Positions 33,401 to 38,170 of a stretch of DNA of 38,170 nucleotides are shown one piece after another. The notes under the pieces are model-generated. The model was not told the DNA's origin and searched no databases. It saw nothing but the letters and a program-made list of their open reading frames with translations. The stretch comes from Perkinsus olseni (lineage: Eukaryota): contig JABANN010000333.1 of NCBI GenBank assembly GCA_013115125.1, positions 1-38,170 of the forward strand. Reading direction: 5' to 3'. The stretch's first letter is position 1. Each line of letters begins with the position of its first letter. The position numbers and the translations under genes are program-made.

Positions 33401-36400
33401 TAAGTACTTCTTCACCAGAGGACAGTGAAGGTGGGGGATGATCGTGCACAGCTGTAGTTGAGTTGCCTCTCAGTTCTCGGTGGAGCAATCCGATGCTATC
33501 GTCTCCTCTCGGAAGAGAGCTCCGATAATGATGATAGTGGAGTTGTTGGGGATGAGGTGGCATCGGCTCCCACTTCGAGGCCCGATGCCATGTACGTCGG
33601 TGTCTGGAGCATTCCTTTGTGGAGTCGCCAGCAAACTCATTTGTCTTCCCCCAGCGGGCATACCACCGGCCCACTCTCAGCATGCATCATCGGTTACCTT
33701 CGACTCGGGCGGCTCAACATGGAGTGCTCTGTCAGATTCTCAGAGCAGCTGTGTCACTTTGGTGAGGTTACAAGGATGGCAATAACCGCCGATGAAAGGC
33801 AAGATATGCACGTGGACAGGCCTCGCGACTCGCCCAGGGTCCAGTGGTATTCTACTCGCTCTGCATCTTCTTGGGTTTGCGCGACTGCCCTTCCTCTGTC
33901 TATTCATTCGGATGGGCGTTGTGCTGACAAAGCTCGATTTGGTAGTTGCTTGCGGTTGCGTTCTCAGGATGCTCTTCACCTGTGGGGAGGACGGTTGTGT
34001 ATATGTCTTTGAGATACGGTGGGCATTGCATCATCCGTGATAGACATTCAGGCTTACGTGATCAGGAATAAGAGTAGGCTGCTGTCCATTCCGCAGAGTG
34101 GAGGTGCTGAGGGATCTGAAGAAGACGAGGAATTGCCGTGAGTATCTCCCGTTTCCCTGCCTGGACGACAGTGTCTCGCGTGGTCGGCTTCTCGTATTCG
34201 AGGGATCGCCTTGTGTGGAATGTGATTTAAACCTTCACGGTGGCCGGTTGGTACTGTTGTGAGTAGGTGTCTCTGAGTGGATATTCTCCATTGTTTGTCA
34301 GTGGTTATTTGATAGCTATTTTGCAGGTACTCGGAAGAGGTGCTGATGACCAAAACGGCACTGGACGAGAAGCAACATCAACGGAAGGATCTTCGGCGCC
34401 AAGTGGAGGAGCTCGCCAACCAAACGGACTACCAGCTACGCCACAGGTCGGGGGGGGGGGCGAAGCGAATGCGCGCGTGAAACTCGTTCTGTAGGGACTC
34501 GTACCACGCTGAAAGGATTGCGGCGTTGCAGGGGAAGTTCGAGAAGTCGTTGCAGGAACAGAGGGACAAGTACGGCTCGCTGTAGCGGAGTTTATGTGAC
34601 GGTCAACTCTCCGGCGGCTATCGTGGAATTCCAGAGTGGAATCAGTAGTAGCAAGTCGGTCTTTGTAGATACGAGATGCTTCGAGAAGAGAAAGACGACG
34701 TTCAAGGAGGTGCGTGGCTGGGCGTGGTTCCTACCTAGACGCACCTCTCCACTGCAGAGTACGAGCGGAAAATCAGAGATCTCTTGGAGACGCAGAAAAG
34801 CGAGCTGCAGGAACAGGAGATTGCCTACCAAGAGAAGATAGTGGCTCAAGTTACGAAGTAAACTACTCGGAATGTCGTCTGCGTTTGGGGTGGTTAGTCA
34901 CTACTTGGTATTGAGAGAACGGTACAGGCAAATCCGTCAGAGAGGAATTGGTGGCTACGCATTGAGACGTGTGGATCTCGCAAATTCCTGAGCGGTATTG
35001 CGCGGCTGGTAGGTGTCAGCAGCTAGCGCAGCAGCGGCACGAGGATCGGCGGCAATGGAAGCAGATGCATCAGAGCCTCTTGGACATGCACGAGAACAAG
35101 GTTGCCGAGTTGCGACAGCAGTAAGATGGTCGTAGGTCGTATTTCACTCCGCCCCAGGGTGTCATCGCACATTTGCTATAGTGGCTCTCGCGACCGCTGC
35201 CTTGCTGAGGCTGACGGTTCAGGTACCAGGAGCAAGAAGCGAGGGATCGCCTGCATAAGCAAAGGGTGGATGACGAGAAGGCTCTGGCGATAAAGGTGAT
35301 CGGAACTTCTCAGCTCTCAACGGACAGGAGCATTGAGTAGGTTCACAGCGAGACTGTACAGCAATTGGAGCAGGATGCGGTTGGAGAGCTGAATGATATG
35401 AAGGCTCAGTAGGTGTGCAAAGTTTGGGCTAGCTGGAACTTGGGTATCCAAGGAATGGTCGTGTGCCTGAATCAGGCAGTTTGATGCTTTGTTCTTCTGT
35501 TGCATGGCGTAACCTTGAGAACAAATTTGCGACATACCAAGTTGGTATTGGATCAACCTTTGTTAATACTATTACCTACGGTTGATCTTTAGAGCCTACC
35601 ATCCATGGGGCAGGAATGCGATCCGCTCGTCGTGCCAATATTCTTCTTCATAGTTTTCTTCTGTCTTCGTGCCATGCAAGGCAATCGGCTGTATGGTCGC
35701 TCTGGAGCGGGTTCTGATCATGTGTTGCGAACATTTTTAGGTACGAGCAGCTGTTGTCTTATGAGAGAGACGACAAAGTTAAACTGAGAGGAGAGGCTGG
35801 TATACATAAGAAGCATCATGAGGACTTGAGGAAGCAGATGCATAAGAAAGAAGAGGAGATAAGAGGTGACACTGGAAGGGGCCTCCTCGGTATCTGGCGT
35901 CGAGCGAACTGTGTTGCGGTTATGGTTCCTGATACGTTGAGTGTTTCGACGCAGGCCAACAGGAGGAGGCCAGGAGGAAGCAGGACAGGATAGACGAGTT
36001 GATGGCTGAGCGGGAGAAGAGCTTGAAGAACATTAAAGAACAGGACAAGGTTATCGGGGAGAAGGAACAGAAAATATATGATCTCAAGAAACAGAATCAG
36101 GAGCTGGAGAAGTTCAAATATGTAAGAAGAAGATGTCTGGTATGTTGCGCGATCTTCCGATTGCCCGATGCTCGTGGGCGTCAGATTATGGACTATAAGA
36201 TCAAGGAGCTGAAGGCACAAGTTGGGCCGAAAGAAGGGGACATAGCGGAGATGAAGAAACAGATCTCGGATATGGACCGGGATCTGGAAGAGTTAGTTGG
36301 GGGTTGCGGTTGACCTCGTCCATCCGGTGTGGCAGACATCACAAACAAAATAAACATTTAATGGATGACATCAAGCAAATGAGGGGGAAGCAGAAGGAGC

Positions 36401-37559
36401 TGCAGCGTGAGGTGGTTAAGAACAGGCAGCGGCTGTCAGACTTGCGCCGTGTATCGAGGGCCTTCAAGACGGACCTCTATCATACCACGCAGCACATATT
36501 GGTAGTTGCGCTCCTGCTGCTAGCCGTAGGGGAGCCTCATGCTCGAAAGCGCGTCACACGCTCATCGCTGGACTCGCGCATATTGCGACAAGGCAACGGC
36601 AGAATCGCTCAGGATCCCGAGAAGCTTAGAGACAGCTTCGTAGCCATGGCGAAGAAGTATGTGGAACTGCCTGACGACGATGAGGAGGCAGCGGAGAAGG
36701 AAGGAGAGGAGGAGGAAGAAGAAGAACGGGATGGGCAGGAACCCCCCACGAAAGATGTACATGACCTTAGCGAGGAGATCCGCGATGTAGTAACTTGGTA
36801 ACGTATCAGGGGTACACGGGGGATCATTAGGAGTAGTTTTGCGCATGCGGACCAGCTCTTCACTATAGGAGTACGAGCAGCAGAGGGGGTATCTCGAAGA
36901 GAAAGTGAATAAGCTGCGGACGAAGCTGCAGAAAGATGCAGAGGCTCGTCGGAAGGATAACTCTCGGATAATGGGGGTGAGCATTTGCCCGGCAGCTGGA
37001 CAGAGTACGAGGCTTGCAGGAGAATATTGCTCTACTGACTGAGATCGGCGAGCTTCGTAAAGAACTACAGGCTTTGAAGATGGAGCGTCAAGAGAGGAAG
37101 ATGAGCGTATCCAGGCCCGGACCTTCTACTAGAGCTGAAGCTGCGGGTACCACGGGGGCCCGTGCAAGCGATATCTCGCGTCCCCAGGAAGAGGAAGTCG
37201 CCCGATATAGTCTCTCGTGACTTCATGTATGATCTGCGTAGCATACTGGTTGTGACATATCGGTTCACGCTATATATTTTATTCTATACACGGAGTTGTG
37301 GTGACGCCTGGCGGGAACTGCCTGCGAACCGCGGTTCGCGTATCCGACTCGCGCCGAAGTGATCCTCTGTTTCTACGGGTTTGCTGTTTCAGCTGGAAGA
37401 AGACCACTCGGTGTGGGCAAGAAGGCTCCTGGACGTGCTTCAGAAATTGAACAGAACAGGAGAACCATAGCGGAACTACGTGAGAAAATTAGAGGCAGGG
37501 AGGAGATCATACGGAACTACGGAGAAGCGCTAACTAGAGGTGAATCTAAGCTACCATGA
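27457..37559 (+). CDS. CFAP57: Cilia- and flagella-associated protein 57 (WD40 repeats plus coiled coil), many exons; start approximate
   Basis: PRYVFGVRSDVNN, RYLAVGE, FHTGPVLGMDVCVRRPIVATCGADHT|VRLWN, EEAFSIALHPSGLQALVGFVDRLRLM, EQDKVIGEKEQKIYDLKKQNQELEKFKY..DYKIKELK and QENIALLTEIGELRKE match FAP57/WDR65 conserved blocks. Confidence 0.9.
27710..27746. repeat. Perfect palindrome with 18-bp arms and a 1-nt centre, in a CFAP57 intron
   Basis: CATGTGCCGACTGAGCGA-A-TCGCTCAGTCGGCACATG read directly. Confidence 0.95.
29495..31276 (+). other. Unusually long (1782 nt) CFAP57 intron rich in short palindromes
   Basis: Donor AA|gtaagc at 29495 and acceptor gatcag| at 31276 join FDEYGVFK to QSLIIDP in frame. 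Internal ORFs show no recognisable domains. Confidence 0.65.
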
Positions 37560-37980
37560 AAGATGAGACATCCTCATTGAGGATCCCTCCTTCGACGTGA
37601 TTGTTATCTTAGCCGAGGAGCTCAGTATTGGGTTGTTAACAAATCTTCGTGGGAGAATCCCTTTCTTTTGTCTCTCCGCAACCAGGTTTTGAAGACCGTT
37701 TTCTTCCGCTTAGCTGGGACTGTCGGGCACTCCGTAGCAGTTTTGTGCGTGGTCCGAGGTACTCACTCAAGATCGGGCCCAGTCATCTCGGTGTTATAAT
37801 AAGGCCCTGCGGCTGTGAAATGAAACTCTCGTTCCACAGCGGCAAGCTCTGCCGGGCAGAGTGGTATGCTCTGCTCGAACGACCTGATTTCGGAAACTAG
37901 CTTTCATGTGCCCGCCTCAACCACCGGTGAGATTGACGTGAGTTGTCGAACTGCTTCAACTCAAAAACCGGTGCCGATGT

Positions 37981-38048
37981 AGCTAATGAGCGTGATCCCA
38001 TCAGATGGGACCCGAACTCATTAGCTCATTAGCAGATGGGACCCATCT
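37981..38048. repeat. Nested inverted-repeat cluster
   Basis: AGCTAATGAG (37981-37990) pairs with CTCATTAGCT (38017-38026) and encloses TCCCATC-A-GATGGGA; then AGATGGG-A-CCCATCT (38034-38048). Confidence 0.9.
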
Positions 38049-38119
38049 TCAAGTATACGTTGAGCATGAAGCTACGAGGCTGGACGTCGTCTCAGTAACT
38101 ACACCATTTCCAGACCTAC

Positions 38120-38170
38120 TTAGTAAAACCCCAGAGCAATTTAATAAAGCCCAGAGCAAATTAGTAAAAC
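38120..38170 (+). repeat. Tandem repeat of 20-21 bp running off the window end
   Basis: TTAGTAAAACCCCAGAGCAAT / TTAATAAAGCCCAGAGCAAA / TTAGTAAAAC... Confidence 0.8.

Noticed and set aside
34449-34460. Poly-G run
   Set aside because: An isolated intronic homopolymer of uncertain length with no further structure.
7759-37559. DNALI1, CFAP57 and kinesin as a flagellar gene cluster
   Set aside because: They are separated by many unrelated genes. Flagellar genes are numerous, so co-occurrence is unremarkable.
38120-38170. Possible CRISPR array
   Set aside because: Units are directly adjacent with no unique spacers, there are no cas genes, and the context is eukaryotic.

Overview
Eukaryotic, gene-dense genomic DNA with many short (about 40-80 nt) GT-AG introns. 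The gene content and architecture suggest an alveolate protist, most likely Perkinsus; this is inference only. Genes left to right: 3' end of an unknown gene; a kinesin; an intronless orphan ORF; two tandem intronless MpaB/DUF2236-type oxygenases; axonemal dynein light chain p28 (DNALI1); a GNAT acetyltransferase; a COPI-associated/Tvp15-like membrane protein; an M3-family peptidase homolog with a destroyed active site; a coiled-coil protein; an intronless diacylglycerol kinase; a Mei2-like RRM protein; a GH47 alpha-1,2-mannosidase; and CFAP57. I saw no rRNA, tRNA, CRISPR or transposase. Strongest unexplained signals: (1) at least 19 perfect palindromes with >=7-bp arms and a single unpaired central base in non-coding DNA at 27.7-38.1 kb, often chained as X-n-X'-n-X with centres exactly 7 nt apart; (2) seven exact copies of the 12-mer GCTTCGCTCCGC, six of them within 13.8-17.9 kb; (3) the pseudo-peptidase; (4) an 80-nt intron bounded by terminal inverted repeats. 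Exon structures were assembled by eye and gene ends are approximate.
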